Made by a program: the position numbers and the translations under genes
Source: Planctomycetota bacterium
GTDB lineage: Bacteria; Planctomycetota; UBA1135; UBA2386
Assembly (NCBI GenBank): GCA_016794565.1
Contig: JAEUHQ010000103.1
Location: forward strand, 14,841 to 78,840
Length of the DNA stretch: 64,000 nt
Direction: 5' to 3'
The notes under the pieces: model-generated
What the model was told of the DNA's origin: nothing
The model's input: the letters and a program-made list of their open reading frames with translations, nothing else
The model's database searches: none
In this document: one piece after another, positions 1 to 11,897 of the stretch
How positions within the stretch are numbered: the stretch's first letter is position 1
Layout of the letters: each line of letters opens with the position of its first letter

Positions 1-1062
1 GCCGCGGACGCAGCCGCCTATGCGACGAGCCGCGACGGCGTCGGCGGCGCAGTCGTGAAGCACGAACTGCCGCGCCAGCACATCGGCCGCATGCTCGGCG
101 GCGCGCTGCAGTCGCAGGCGCTGAGCCACCTCTCGCTGCAGCAGGACCACGACGGCGTCGACCTCGCCGGCCTGCGCGATCTCACGAAGTCGGCGGCGGC
201 GACGAGCGCGCTCGAGTCCCAGATCGCGGCGGAGCGCGTGATCGGCGGGCGCGCGTTCGACCGTTCGTCGCGAGTGCACGAGGCGCGCGCCAACATGCAC
301 GTGTTCGGCGTCGTCGAGGGCGAGGACGACCTCATCCTCATGGGCATGGTGAAGGACGTCACCGACGCGTTCACGAGCCGCTACATGGCGAGCATGCTGT
401 CGGTGATCCAGTCGATCAACGAGGGGCCGGACGGCAAGCCGCTCCCGCCCGACCAGCGCATCCTGCGCCTGACTCCGAAGACGCTCTTCACGGCGCCGGG
501 CAAGCTCTGGCTCGCGACGCGACGCCTGCTCGGCAAGGGCGCGTTCTGGAAGTTGAAGGGCTGGATCGTCTGGAACGGGCTGATCGAGCTCCTGCGCCTG
601 CCCCTGCTCGTCGTGCCGACGCGCTGGATCCCGCGCTACCAGCTGCTGCCCGAAGGGCTGCGCGGCTACGCACGCTTCGCCGAGCAGCGCCTGCGCTGGC
701 TGCGGTGGGCGTACCTCGGCACCAACCTGTTCTTCCAGCTCGAGCTGACGCGCGCGCAGATCCCGCTGCAGCGGCTCGGCAAGGTGATCGAGCAGCTCGT
801 CACGATGCTGGCGCTCTGCCACCACTCGGCGCAGCGCGATGCGAGCCAGCAGAACGTCGCGGCGCTGCAGTGCGAACAGATCGCGACGCGAGTGCGCGGC
901 ACCAGGCTGCTCACCGGGCTCTTCCAGATGGACCGCCTGAGGCGTCTCGTCGGCCGCGTCGGCGACGACGTCGAGAAGCGGCAGAGCACACTGATCGCGG
1001 GTGTGCGGCCCGAGGCGATGGCGCACCCGTTCGAAGCGCGCGAGCGGAAGAAGAAGGGCTGA
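1..1062 (+). CDS. acyl-CoA dehydrogenase-like protein, C-terminal part (5' end lies outside the window)
   Basis: Frame 1 is open from base 1 to the stop at 1060-1062; the track lists it from an internal start at 55. TKSAAATSALESQIAAERVIGGRAFDRSSRVHEARANMHVFGVVEGEDDLILMGMV resembles the ACAD C-terminal helical domain. About 230 aa of extension with hydrophobic helices follows. Family call is from motif recall only. Confidence 0.45.
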   Translation, partial: AADAAAYATSRDGVGGAVVKHELPRQHIGRMLGGALQSQALSHLSLQQDHDGVDLAGLRDLTKSAAATSALESQIAAERVIGGRAFDRSSRVHEARANMHVFGVVEGEDDLILMGMVKDVTDAFTSRYMASMLSVIQSINEGPDGKPLPPDQRILRLTPKTLFTAPGKLWLATRRLLGKGAFWKLKGWIVWNGLIELLRLPLLVVPTRWIPRYQLLPEGLRGYARFAEQRLRWLRWAYLGTNLFFQLELTRAQIPLQRLGKVIEQLVTMLALCHHSAQRDASQQNVAALQCEQIATRVRGTRLLTGLFQMDRLRRLVGRVGDDVEKRQSTLIAGVRPEAMAHPFEARERKKKG

Positions 1063-1127
1063 GCACGCGGACCGATCCGCGGGATTCCCGAACCGTCGGA
1101 GCACGCGCCGGGCTCTCTTCTCGCGCG

Positions 1128-4100
1128 ATGGACGCCCCGGATCCCGACGACCTGCTGCGCGAAGTGCGGTGGCTGCACCGGCTGGCGCGCAGCCTCGCGG
1201 CAGACCCGGAGGCAGCCGCCGACGCGGCCGGCGACACGCTCGTCGCGTGGGCCCGCACGGCAGAACGCCCGCGGTCGGCACGGGCATGGCTCGCGACGGT
1301 GCTGCGTCGGGCGGCGGCGCGGCGAGGCCGCAGCGACGAACGGCGGCGGCGCGCCGAGGCAGCCGCGCGGGCCAGGAACATGCCCGCGCCGCGCGCACCG
1401 GACGAGATCCTGGCGTCCGCCGAACTGCACCGTTCGCTCGTGGACGCGGTCCTCGCGCTCGACGAACCGTACCGGTCGGCGATCGTGCTCCGGTACCTCG
1501 AAGACCTGCCGCTCGACGACGTCGCGCGGCAGCTCGGTGTGCCGGGCGAGACGGCGCGCACCCGCGTGAAGCGCGGCCTCGAACGCCTGCGCCGCGCTCT
1601 CGACCGCCGCCACGGCGACCGCGCCGCGTGGGTCGCTCTGCTGCCCGGCCGCGGCCCCGCACCCCTGGTCCCGATCCTCGGAGCGATGATGGCGACGAAA
1701 CTGCTTCTCGGTGCCGCGGCCGCGGTCGTGCTGGCCTGGCTCTTCCTCGACGACGTCCGCGACGCCCCGGCCCCGATCGGGCCGACGCGAACCGCCGCGA
1801 CGATCGAGAGCCCGGCCGGCGACCGCGCGCCCCACGATGCCGACCCCACGGGCGCAGAACGTGTCGAGCGAACCGCGCCCATCGCCGGTTCCGCGACGAC
1901 CGTCGCAGCGATGGTGCGCGGGCGTGTCGTCGACGAGGCGACGGATCTCCCGCTCGCGGGGATCACCGTGACGACGACCGCACCGCACGACGCTGCCACC
2001 GCACGCGACGAGAGTGCCGCCGACGGGACCTTCGCGCTGGCCCTGACCGCGGCTCCGGACGACGACGACACGATCGTTCTGACGCACCCGGACTACGCCC
2101 CGATCACCGTCTCCATCCGATCCGCGGATCGCGACGACGACGCGCGGTCGTTCGACTGCGGTGATCTCGCGCTCGCGCCCGGAACGCTCGTCAGCGGCGT
2201 CGTGCGGAACACCGACGGAGCACCCGTCGCCGGCGCGGGCCTGTTCGTCTGCGACACTGCGTGGAGCAGCGGCGGCCGCCGCACACGCCTTCGCGAAGCG
2301 ACCCCGGTCGGCACGAGCGCGGCCGACGGCTCGTTCGTGCTCGACCGCCGCCTCCTCCCCAATCGCCCGCCGCCGGTCCTGGTCGCCGCGAGTCCGGTCG
2401 GGATGGCGTTCGTCGAGCTCCCGGATCTGTCGCGCGCGGCGGGCGAACGGCGGATCGAACTGCGGCTCGCGCCGAACGCCAGAGTCACCGTCACCGCGGT
2501 CGACGAAGAAGATCGCCCGATCGGCGAAGCACTCGTCACTGCCGCACCGAAGTTCCATCCCCTGTGGGCGATGGAAGCACCGCTGCGGTTCGCCCACGCG
2601 TCCGCGCTCGCCGACGCGCTCTCGGCTCGCACCGACGGGGCGGGACGCGCCTCGCTGCTGCTGCCGGTCGTCGCGGCACGGCTCGTCGTGAACACGTGGT
2701 TCGTCCACTGCGAAGCGCCCGACCGGGACGCCGCCGGCGCGTCCCCGACGATCGACGCGACAAGTCGCGCCTCCGTCGAGCTGCGCCTCCGCCTGCCGCG
2801 AACGAAGCCGGTCGAGGTCCGCGGGACCGTTCGCGACCGCGCCGGGCGTGCGATCGCCGGGGCCAGCGTGACCGCGCACTGGCGCAGCGAGACGACGGCG
2901 CGAACCGACGCGAACGGCGCGTACGTGCTGCCGGTCGATCGCGGCGACGGGGACCTGATCGTCGTCGCGAACGCGCCCGATACGTTCCCCGGCCGCGAGT
3001 CCGCGCGACCCGAACCCGGCGTCGCCTCGCACGTCGTCGACTTCGTGCTCGACCCAGCGGTCGAACTGCGCGGTCGCGTGGTCGATCAGGACGGTCGGCC
3101 CGTGGTGCGCGCGAACGTGTGGCTCGCCGACCGCGACGCGGCGATCCCGACGGATGCGACGGGCATGTTCACGGCGCTGGTCTCCCCCGATCGGCCGACG
3201 GCGCTGGATGTCGCGCCGCCCGACCCGGGCACCGCGTGGAACGGCCCCGCCGCGCACCTGCTCGCTGCCGGGCAGCGCGCCGTGACGCTGACGCTGCAGC
3301 GCCTCCGCGGCGGTCGCGCATCGATGACCGTGCGGGTCCTGGACGAGTCGGGCGCGCCGCTCGACCTGCAACTCGCGCTTCTCCGCCGCGACGACGAGGG
3401 CCAGGCCCTCCATCATCCCGCGACCGCGACGATCGGCCGCGTGACCGCGAACGGCCTCGCTCTCGGCGACTGGTCCCTCCGGATCGTCCCTTCGCGCGGC
3501 CCGGAACTCTTCACGCGCTTCACGGTGCGCGGCGACGCGGAACCGATCGACCTCGTGCTGCAACAGGCGACGGCGATCACGGTGCACGGCGACGTCTTCT
3601 TCGAGCCGGACTCACTCATGCCAGGGGAACTGGAACTCGCGTTCGGCGCCGCCGGTCAGTCGGCGCACTTCGCGCCGGAAGCAGGGCAGCGCACGGACAA
3701 GGACCGCGCGACCCTCACCCTCGATGCCGGCGCGCCGCGCTCGTTCCGGGTCGAGGACGTCGATCCGTCGCGCCCCCTCGTCGTCGTCGCGGGCGGAGCA
3801 GGACTCACCGGTGAAGGATCGCTGCGCTCCGCGGACGGAACGGCGCACGTGCGGGTCGTGGTGCAACGCGCCGCGCAGGTGCGCGTGCGCAGCCGCGAGG
3901 AGTTCCAGGGCAGCCTGCTCCTGCAACTGCGGCGGCCGAACGGCGAGTGGGACGAGCCGATCCGCTACATCGGTCGGTCGCACGACGGCGAACTCTTCAC
4001 ACAGGACGTGCCGTCCGGGACGTTCGAGTGGCGCGCGCGGTCGCCGTCGCGCGGCACGGACAACGCGACCGCGGTGCGCTGGCAGACCGGCGCGTTCACG

Positions 4101-4139
4101 GTCGAGTCCGGTGCCATCGCGGACATCGAGCTGCGCTGA
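1128..4139 (+). CDS. ECF-type sigma-70 factor fused in-frame to a transmembrane helix and a large extracytoplasmic Ig-like (CarboxypepD_reg-like) repeat region
   Basis: First ATG (1128) after the upstream gene, in frame with track ORF 705..4139. Sigma-2/sigma-4-like segments are LLREVRWLHRLARSLA... and YRSAIVLRYLEDLPLDDVARQLGVPGETARTRVKRGLERLRRAL. There is no in-frame stop before the hydrophobic helix MMATKLLLGAAAAVVLAWLFL (nt 1686-1750). Repeats follow of the type VRGRVVDEATDLPLAGITV, VSGVVRNTDGAPVAGAGLFV, VRGTVRDRAGRAIAGASVTA and LRGRVVDQDGRPVVRANVWL. Confidence 0.7.
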   Translation: MDAPDPDDLLREVRWLHRLARSLAADPEAAADAAGDTLVAWARTAERPRSARAWLATVLRRAAARRGRSDERRRRAEAAARARNMPAPRAPDEILASAELHRSLVDAVLALDEPYRSAIVLRYLEDLPLDDVARQLGVPGETARTRVKRGLERLRRALDRRHGDRAAWVALLPGRGPAPLVPILGAMMATKLLLGAAAAVVLAWLFLDDVRDAPAPIGPTRTAATIESPAGDRAPHDADPTGAERVERTAPIAGSATTVAAMVRGRVVDEATDLPLAGITVTTTAPHDAATARDESAADGTFALALTAAPDDDDTIVLTHPDYAPITVSIRSADRDDDARSFDCGDLALAPGTLVSGVVRNTDGAPVAGAGLFVCDTAWSSGGRRTRLREATPVGTSAADGSFVLDRRLLPNRPPPVLVAASPVGMAFVELPDLSRAAGERRIELRLAPNARVTVTAVDEEDRPIGEALVTAAPKFHPLWAMEAPLRFAHASALADALSARTDGAGRASLLLPVVAARLVVNTWFVHCEAPDRDAAGASPTIDATSRASVELRLRLPRTKPVEVRGTVRDRAGRAIAGASVTAHWRSETTARTDANGAYVLPVDRGDGDLIVVANAPDTFPGRESARPEPGVASHVVDFVLDPAVELRGRVVDQDGRPVVRANVWLADRDAAIPTDATGMFTALVSPDRPTALDVAPPDPGTAWNGPAAHLLAAGQRAVTLTLQRLRGGRASMTVRVLDESGAPLDLQLALLRRDDEGQALHHPATATIGRVTANGLALGDWSLRIVPSRGPELFTRFTVRGDAEPIDLVLQQATAITVHGDVFFEPDSLMPGELELAFGAAGQSAHFAPEAGQRTDKDRATLTLDAGAPRSFRVEDVDPSRPLVVVAGGAGLTGEGSLRSADGTAHVRVVVQRAAQVRVRSREEFQGSLLLQLRRPNGEWDEPIRYIGRSHDGELFTQDVPSGTFEWRARSPSRGTDNATAVRWQTGAFTVESGAIADIELR

Positions 4140-4224
4140 TCCGCGCCGGTTGACACCCGGCGCCGGCGTTCCCAGAATCGCGGCCCGCCGCGCGCGCCCT
4201 CGTTCGCTCGGACAAGCCGCCTCC

Positions 4225-5250
4225 ATGACCGACGCTTCGAGCGACAAGCAGATCGCCACCTGGATCCGGGCCGACGACAGCCGCCCGTTCTGCGCGCGCC
4301 CGTGGCAGCAGATCACCGTGCTCTCCGACGGCAGCGCGGTGTGCGCATGCGTCGACGCGGCGAAGACCAACCCCCTCGGCAACTTCCGTTTCCAGACATT
4401 CGACGAAGTCTGGAACGGCAAGAGCTACGAGAAGCTGCGCCGCGCGATCGCGTCCGACATCGACCAGACGCCGATCTGCGTCGGGTGCCCGAACCGCATC
4501 GCCGAACCGCCACCCGCCGACTACTTCACCGGCGTGCAGAAGCCCGAGGCGCTGTTCATCGAGTCGTACGCCGGCTGCAACCTCGCCTGCCCCGGTTGCG
4601 ACCGCGAGAGCATCGAAGGCAACCGCGACGAGCTCGCGATGAGCCTCGACGCGTTCAAGCGCGTGATCGACGGCGTGTCCCCCACGCTGAAGTACATGGA
4701 GTTCCACCTCGGCGGCGAGAACTACATGCACAAGGACGCGCACGAGATGGTCACGTACGCGCGGAAGAACAACCCGAACTGCTTCATCCTCTCGAGCACG
4801 AACGGCCACTTCTTCCACACCGAGGAGCGCTGCCAGAAGGTGCTCGACTCGGGCATCGACGCACTGATCTTCTCGGTCGACGGCGCGCGGCAGGAGACGT
4901 ACGAGAAGTACCGCGTGAACGGCCGCTTCGACCGCGTGTTCGAGGCGATGAAGAAGATCGTCGCGATGCGCAACGCACAGGGCCTGCGCCGGCCGATCGT
5001 GATCTGGCGCTACATCCTGTTCGAGTGGAACGACAGCCGGGAGGAGATGGACCTCGCACGGCGCCTGGCTGAGGAGATCGGCGTCGACCACCTCGCGTGG
5101 CACCTGAACGCGGTCTCGATCATGCAGTCGAGCAAGCGCTACCACATCGGCTCGCCGCACCTGATGGAGATCAAGGACGAGATCTGGGACACGCTGCCCG
5201 AGCGACTCGCCGACGGGCCGAAGGACGTGAAGTTCGACCGGTACCGGTGA
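4225..5250 (+). CDS. radical SAM protein with N-terminal SPASM/twitch-like Cys-rich domain
   Basis: ATG at 4225 is the first start after the stop at 4139 (in frame with track ORF 3724..5250). The CxxxCxxC motif is in ESYAGCNLACPGCDRE, about 115 aa from the N-terminus. It is preceded by CARPW..LSDGSAVCACVD..LGNFRFQTFDEVWNG..ICVGCPNR, which reads like an auxiliary-cluster (SPASM-type) domain. Confidence 0.8.
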   Translation: MTDASSDKQIATWIRADDSRPFCARPWQQITVLSDGSAVCACVDAAKTNPLGNFRFQTFDEVWNGKSYEKLRRAIASDIDQTPICVGCPNRIAEPPPADYFTGVQKPEALFIESYAGCNLACPGCDRESIEGNRDELAMSLDAFKRVIDGVSPTLKYMEFHLGGENYMHKDAHEMVTYARKNNPNCFILSSTNGHFFHTEERCQKVLDSGIDALIFSVDGARQETYEKYRVNGRFDRVFEAMKKIVAMRNAQGLRRPIVIWRYILFEWNDSREEMDLARRLAEEIGVDHLAWHLNAVSIMQSSKRYHIGSPHLMEIKDEIWDTLPERLADGPKDVKFDRYR

Positions 5251-5266
5251 GCCGACTTTGCGCGCG

Positions 5267-5929
5267 TCAGCGCGCCGGCGCGGCCACTTCGGTGCCTTCC
5301 GGCACGTTGTTGCGGCCGACGTTCTGGCCGTCGAGGCCGGCGAGCAGCTTCTGCATGCTGAGCTGCATCGCGCGCCCGATCAGCCGGTACGGGCTCACGG
5401 GATTCACTTCGAGGGCCGACACCTGACGGTTGCTGAACGTCTGCTCCATCAGCGTCGCACGCACACCGGTGCCGTCGGCCGGGCCGAGCACCTGCAGCTT
5501 CAACGCGATCTCCGCGAACGAACGCGACCCGCTGATCGCCTCGGTCGCACCCGTGGTGAAGGAGACGAGTGTCGGCTTCACGACCACCGACTGCGGCGTC
5601 GCCTTGTCGACGACGTTCGCGAAGAGGCCGCTGTCCTGCACCTGCCGCGCCAGCACCTCACCGAGCATCTCGGGCACGGGACGCTCCCAGAACTCGTCGC
5701 TTCCGTACGAGATCGGGAACCCGCGCTCCTGGGTCGGCAGCGCGGTTCCTTCGCGCGCGTCGACGACCGGTGCGACGAAGACGTCGCGATCGCCGGGCGC
5801 CTTCGTGGCGTACGGTACATCCACGTACAGCGCCTGGTTCCTGGCGAAGTCGGCCGAGGTGTCGAAGCTCGCGCACGCGGCGGCGAAGGCGAGGAAGAGG
5901 ACGGATGCGGTCGTCCGGGGGGTGTTCAT
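5267..5929 (-). CDS. putative lipoprotein, unknown function
   Basis: Last 220 codons of track ORF 5267..8491; the upstream part is antisense to acnA and is rejected. It starts MNTPRTTASVLFLAFAAACASFD, a signal peptide with a lipobox-like AAAC. The rest has ordinary, non-low-complexity composition. Confidence 0.6.
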   Translation of the reverse strand: MNTPRTTASVLFLAFAAACASFDTSADFARNQALYVDVPYATKAPGDRDVFVAPVVDAREGTALPTQERGFPISYGSDEFWERPVPEMLGEVLARQVQDSGLFANVVDKATPQSVVVKPTLVSFTTGATEAISGSRSFAEIALKLQVLGPADGTGVRATLMEQTFSNRQVSALEVNPVSPYRLIGRAMQLSMQKLLAGLDGQNVGRNNVPEGTEVAAPAR

Positions 5930-6064
5930 GCCCCCATGCCATCGGCAGGATCGGGCGAGAACCTGAGCCTCCGGCGGACGCCCCGCGCTTTTGCCTGCGG
6001 ATCGGCGAACGGATAGAACCGTCGCCCCTCGTCCGGCGCGGTCAGCCGGCGAGAAACCACCCCG

Positions 6065-9010
<2,946 letters not shown>

Positions 9011-9016
9011 GGACTG

Positions 9017-9044
9017 CGGCGCGCCGGGCTCAGCGGGCGCGCCG
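9017..9044. terminator. GC-rich hairpin between convergent acnA and GT-C genes (candidate bidirectional terminator)
   Basis: CGGCGCGCC (9017-9025) and GGCGCGCCG (9036-9044) are reverse complements separated by a 10-nt loop. The loop contains the minus-strand stop (9030-9032). There is no U-tract. Confidence 0.3.
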
Positions 9045-10910
9045 ATTCTCGAGCGCGCGCGCGAACCACTCGGACTCGATCGTGCGCACCTGCTCCGCGC
9101 CGACGGGCACCGCGCGCGGCGTCACCTCGATGCGCGCCCCGACGAGCGTCACGTTCGGCGCGAACGCAGCGAAGTAGTCCGCCGGCGCCTGCCGATCGTG
9201 TGCCATGCGACGCAGGCCCCCGAAGAAGCGCCGCAGCGCCGCCCCGTCCTCTTCCGTCAGGACGCCGGCGGGATCGGCGAAGATCACCGCGAGCACGGGC
9301 TGCAGGAGCGCGACCCCGGCCGGATCGACGTCGGTGCGCGCCTTCGCGGCCGTCGCGATCTCCGCCGGCGTGATGCGGTGGTCGCCGTTCACGTCGGCGA
9401 CGGCGACGACGCGTTCGAACGGCGTCGGCGTCGGCTCGTTCGCGGCCGACCGGGTCGACCATCGCGCGACCACACGATCGTTGAGCCCGAGTCGGTCGAG
9501 GATCGCCACGTCGGGCAGCACCCACCCGAGTCGCCCCACGCACTCGGCGGCGAACACCGGCACGTCGTCGTCGCGCCACGCCGTGCGGGTGCGCGGCGGC
9601 AGACGGGCTGCTTCGCTCGCGAGGAACTGGCGATGCTGGTCGCAGCGCACGTTGACGGCCTGGATCGTGAGCCACGCCCTGTACCCGTCGTACCAACGCG
9701 CCATCGGCTGGACCCACGCGGGAACGTGCGGCGCGAGCGGCTGGTAGAGGAACGTCGGGGGCGGCTGGATCGCCGGGATCACCCACGCGATCGCCGCGGC
9801 GACACCGAGCCCGGCCATCGCGACCGCGGGCACGACGATGCCGCGGCACAGGCGGAGCAGCATCGCCGCGACCGCCAGGCCCGCGAGCGGAACCAGGTGC
9901 GCGAAGACGCGGAACTCGAAGTGGTCGCCGCCGACGACGAGTACGTAGTAGCCCGCGAGGGCGAGCACCGTCGCCGTGGCGATCGTCGCGGGTGCGTTGC
10001 GCAGAAGCATCCTGCCGACGGCGGCCGCGCCGACGCGCGCCTCCTCGACGAACCACCACCCCGCCACCGCGAGGACGACGACGCCGCCGTTCTCGGCGAG
10101 GAACAGGATCAGGTAGCGCAGCCCCGCCTCGGGCCACGGATCGCCCACTTTGGCGAACCACGTGTTGGGCACCCAGTCGCCGTAGAACGCACGCCGCCAC
10201 ACGAGGTGCGCGGCGACGGCCAGCAGCGGCGCCACGCCCGCCGCGAACGCACGCAGCGGGAGGCGTCGTCGTGCGACGAGCAGCGCGCCGGTCCCCGCGG
10301 TCGCGAGCGCGAGCGCCGCACCGTCGGGTCGGGTGAGCGCACTCGCGGCGGCGCACGCACTCCAGGCCGCCATCCAGCCGGCGGTCGGCGCGGGCCGGAA
10401 CGCGAGCAGCACCCACGCGACGGTCGCGAGCGAGAACAACGACGTCTCCAGTCCGCTCGACATCCACTGGAGGAACGTCCGGTTGCTGCCGATCGCAAGG
10501 AGCGTCACGAACACGACGGCGTCCGGCGCCCGCCCGCCGTCGCGGCCGACGAGGCGGAACGCGGCCCGAGCGACGATCGCGAACGTCGCGAGACCGCAGC
10601 CGATCGACAGCACGTTCGCGGCGTCGGGCGGTTCGACGCCGAACCAGCTCCACGCGGCCCACAGCACGAGAGCCCACGAGAATCCGGTGTAGCCCTCGAC
10701 CGGCGCGAACGGCGCCGGGTTCCACACGAGGCCGCGACCGTCCATCGCGTTCGACACGTAGCGGAAGGTGATGAAGGCGTCGTCGCAGAGGAACGCGAGG
10801 TGCCGGGCGCCCACCAGCACGCCGAGCAGCAGCCCGGCTGTGGCCACCGTGCGCACGATCGTCCGGCGGCGGCGCCTCGACTCGGACGGTTCGGCCACGG
10901 GCGCGGTCAT
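9030..10910 (-). CDS. polytopic GT-C-type glycosyltransferase-like membrane protein (arabinofuranosyl/mannosyl-transferase-like) with C-terminal EF-hand-like loop
   Basis: ATG at 10910, in frame with track ORF 9030..11822. N-terminal motif is LAFLCDDAFITFRYVSNA, followed by more than 10 hydrophobic helices. The C-terminal soluble part contains DVNGDHRITPAE (nt 9360-9395). Confidence 0.6.
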   Translation of the reverse strand: MTAPVAEPSESRRRRRTIVRTVATAGLLLGVLVGARHLAFLCDDAFITFRYVSNAMDGRGLVWNPAPFAPVEGYTGFSWALVLWAAWSWFGVEPPDAANVLSIGCGLATFAIVARAAFRLVGRDGGRAPDAVVFVTLLAIGSNRTFLQWMSSGLETSLFSLATVAWVLLAFRPAPTAGWMAAWSACAAASALTRPDGAALALATAGTGALLVARRRLPLRAFAAGVAPLLAVAAHLVWRRAFYGDWVPNTWFAKVGDPWPEAGLRYLILFLAENGGVVVLAVAGWWFVEEARVGAAAVGRMLLRNAPATIATATVLALAGYYVLVVGGDHFEFRVFAHLVPLAGLAVAAMLLRLCRGIVVPAVAMAGLGVAAAIAWVIPAIQPPPTFLYQPLAPHVPAWVQPMARWYDGYRAWLTIQAVNVRCDQHRQFLASEAARLPPRTRTAWRDDDVPVFAAECVGRLGWVLPDVAILDRLGLNDRVVARWSTRSAANEPTPTPFERVVAVADVNGDHRITPAEIATAAKARTDVDPAGVALLQPVLAVIFADPAGVLTEEDGAALRRFFGGLRRMAHDRQAPADYFAAFAPNVTLVGARIEVTPRAVPVGAEQVRTIESEWFARALENRRAR

Positions 10911-10979
10911 CGGCGCGCGGATGCTACCGGCGCTCCGTGCCCTCTTGAAGCCGGAGGCTCCGGCGTACGCTGGCAACCG

Positions 10980-11879
10980 ATGCGACTCCGCTGCACCCGG
11001 CTCTGCCTGCCCCTCGTCGCGGCGTGCTCCGCGACGCCGTCGCTGCACGACGATCTCGCCGCCCGCGTCGCCGCGTTCCGCGGCACGGCCGGCGTCTACG
11101 TGCGCCACCTCGGCACCGGCGAAGAGGTCGCGATCGCGGCCGACGAGACCTTCCCGACCGCGAGCCTCGTCAAGGTGCCCATTCTCGGGGCACTGCTCGC
11201 AAGGGTCGAGGCGGGCGCGCTCGACTACCATGCGAAGCTCACGTACGACGCGAGCCGGCTCTATCCGGGCGACGACCTGCTCGGCTCGTTCGCCGACGGC
11301 CGATCGCTCGAACTCGCCAAGGTGGCGATGCTGATGATCACGACCAGCGACAACACCGCGGCCCTGTGGTGCCAGGAGCTCGCCGGCACCGGCACCGCCG
11401 TGAATCGCTGGCTCGAGGACCAGGGCTTCACCGCGACTCGCGTCAACTCGCGCACGCCGGGGCGCGAGGCCGCGAAGGCCGAGTTCGGCTGGGGACAGAC
11501 GACGCCGCGCGAGATGGCGGAGATGCTCGTTCGCGCCCGCGAGGGAACCCTGCAGAGCGCCGCGGCGAGCGAAGAGATGATGCGTTGCCTCGCTCGGATC
11601 TACTGGGACGACGAGGCGCTGTCCGCGATCCCGCCGTGGGTCCACACCGCGAGCAAACAGGGTGCGGTCGATCGTTCGCGCAGCGAAGCCGTCCTGGTCA
11701 TGGCGCCGCACGGCGATTTCGTGTTCTGCGTCGTCACGAAGGACCAGGAGGACACGAGCTGGCGACGCGACAACGAAGGCTTCGTGCTGCTGCGCGAGAC
11801 GGCCGCTGCGTGCTGGCGCCACTTCGAACCCGGCCTTCCCTACACGATGCCCGCGGGCAGCGAGCGCTTCCGCTACTGA
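10980..11879 (+). CDS. class A beta-lactamase-like serine hydrolase (secreted)
   Basis: ATG at 10980, in frame with track ORF 9198..11879. Signal or lipoprotein-like start is MRLRCTRLCLPLVAACSA. SxxK motif is in FPTASLVKV, SDN is in TTSDNTAA, and a KTG-like KQG is in HTASKQGAV. Confidence 0.75.
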   Translation: MRLRCTRLCLPLVAACSATPSLHDDLAARVAAFRGTAGVYVRHLGTGEEVAIAADETFPTASLVKVPILGALLARVEAGALDYHAKLTYDASRLYPGDDLLGSFADGRSLELAKVAMLMITTSDNTAALWCQELAGTGTAVNRWLEDQGFTATRVNSRTPGREAAKAEFGWGQTTPREMAEMLVRAREGTLQSAAASEEMMRCLARIYWDDEALSAIPPWVHTASKQGAVDRSRSEAVLVMAPHGDFVFCVVTKDQEDTSWRRDNEGFVLLRETAAACWRHFEPGLPYTMPAGSERFRY

Positions 11880-11897
11880 CGCGCGGCGCTCGCGTCA
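11877..11897. terminator. inverted repeat embedding both stop codons of convergent genes
   Basis: TGACGCG (11877-11883) / loop CGGCGCT / CGCGTCA (11891-11897). The plus-strand TGA and the minus-strand TGA (tca) form the outer ends of a 7-bp stem. Confidence 0.3.

Noticed and set aside
1063-1127. GAAC motif (about nt 1091) upstream of the ECF sigma gene as an autoregulated ECF promoter
   Set aside because: No convincing CGT-type -10 element lies at 16-17 nt spacing. The motif is only ~35 nt from the ATG and is too short to distinguish from chance.
1600-1700. Possibility that the ECF sigma and the downstream membrane/repeat region are two separate genes (sigma + anti-sigma)
   Set aside because: No stop codon exists in the sigma frame before 4139, so a separate sigma product cannot terminate. 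The internal ATGs at 1686/1689 could at most add an extra start. A sequencing error cannot be excluded without reads.
666-3587. 973-aa minus-strand ORF, plus nested ORFs 911..2071, 1001..2164 and 2261..3814, overlapping the ECF-fusion gene
   Set aside because: The translations are R/G/A/D/P-rich low-complexity strings with no recognisable motif. Long stop-free antisense frames are expected in very GC-rich DNA. The plus-strand frame has clear sigma-70 and repeat-domain signatures.
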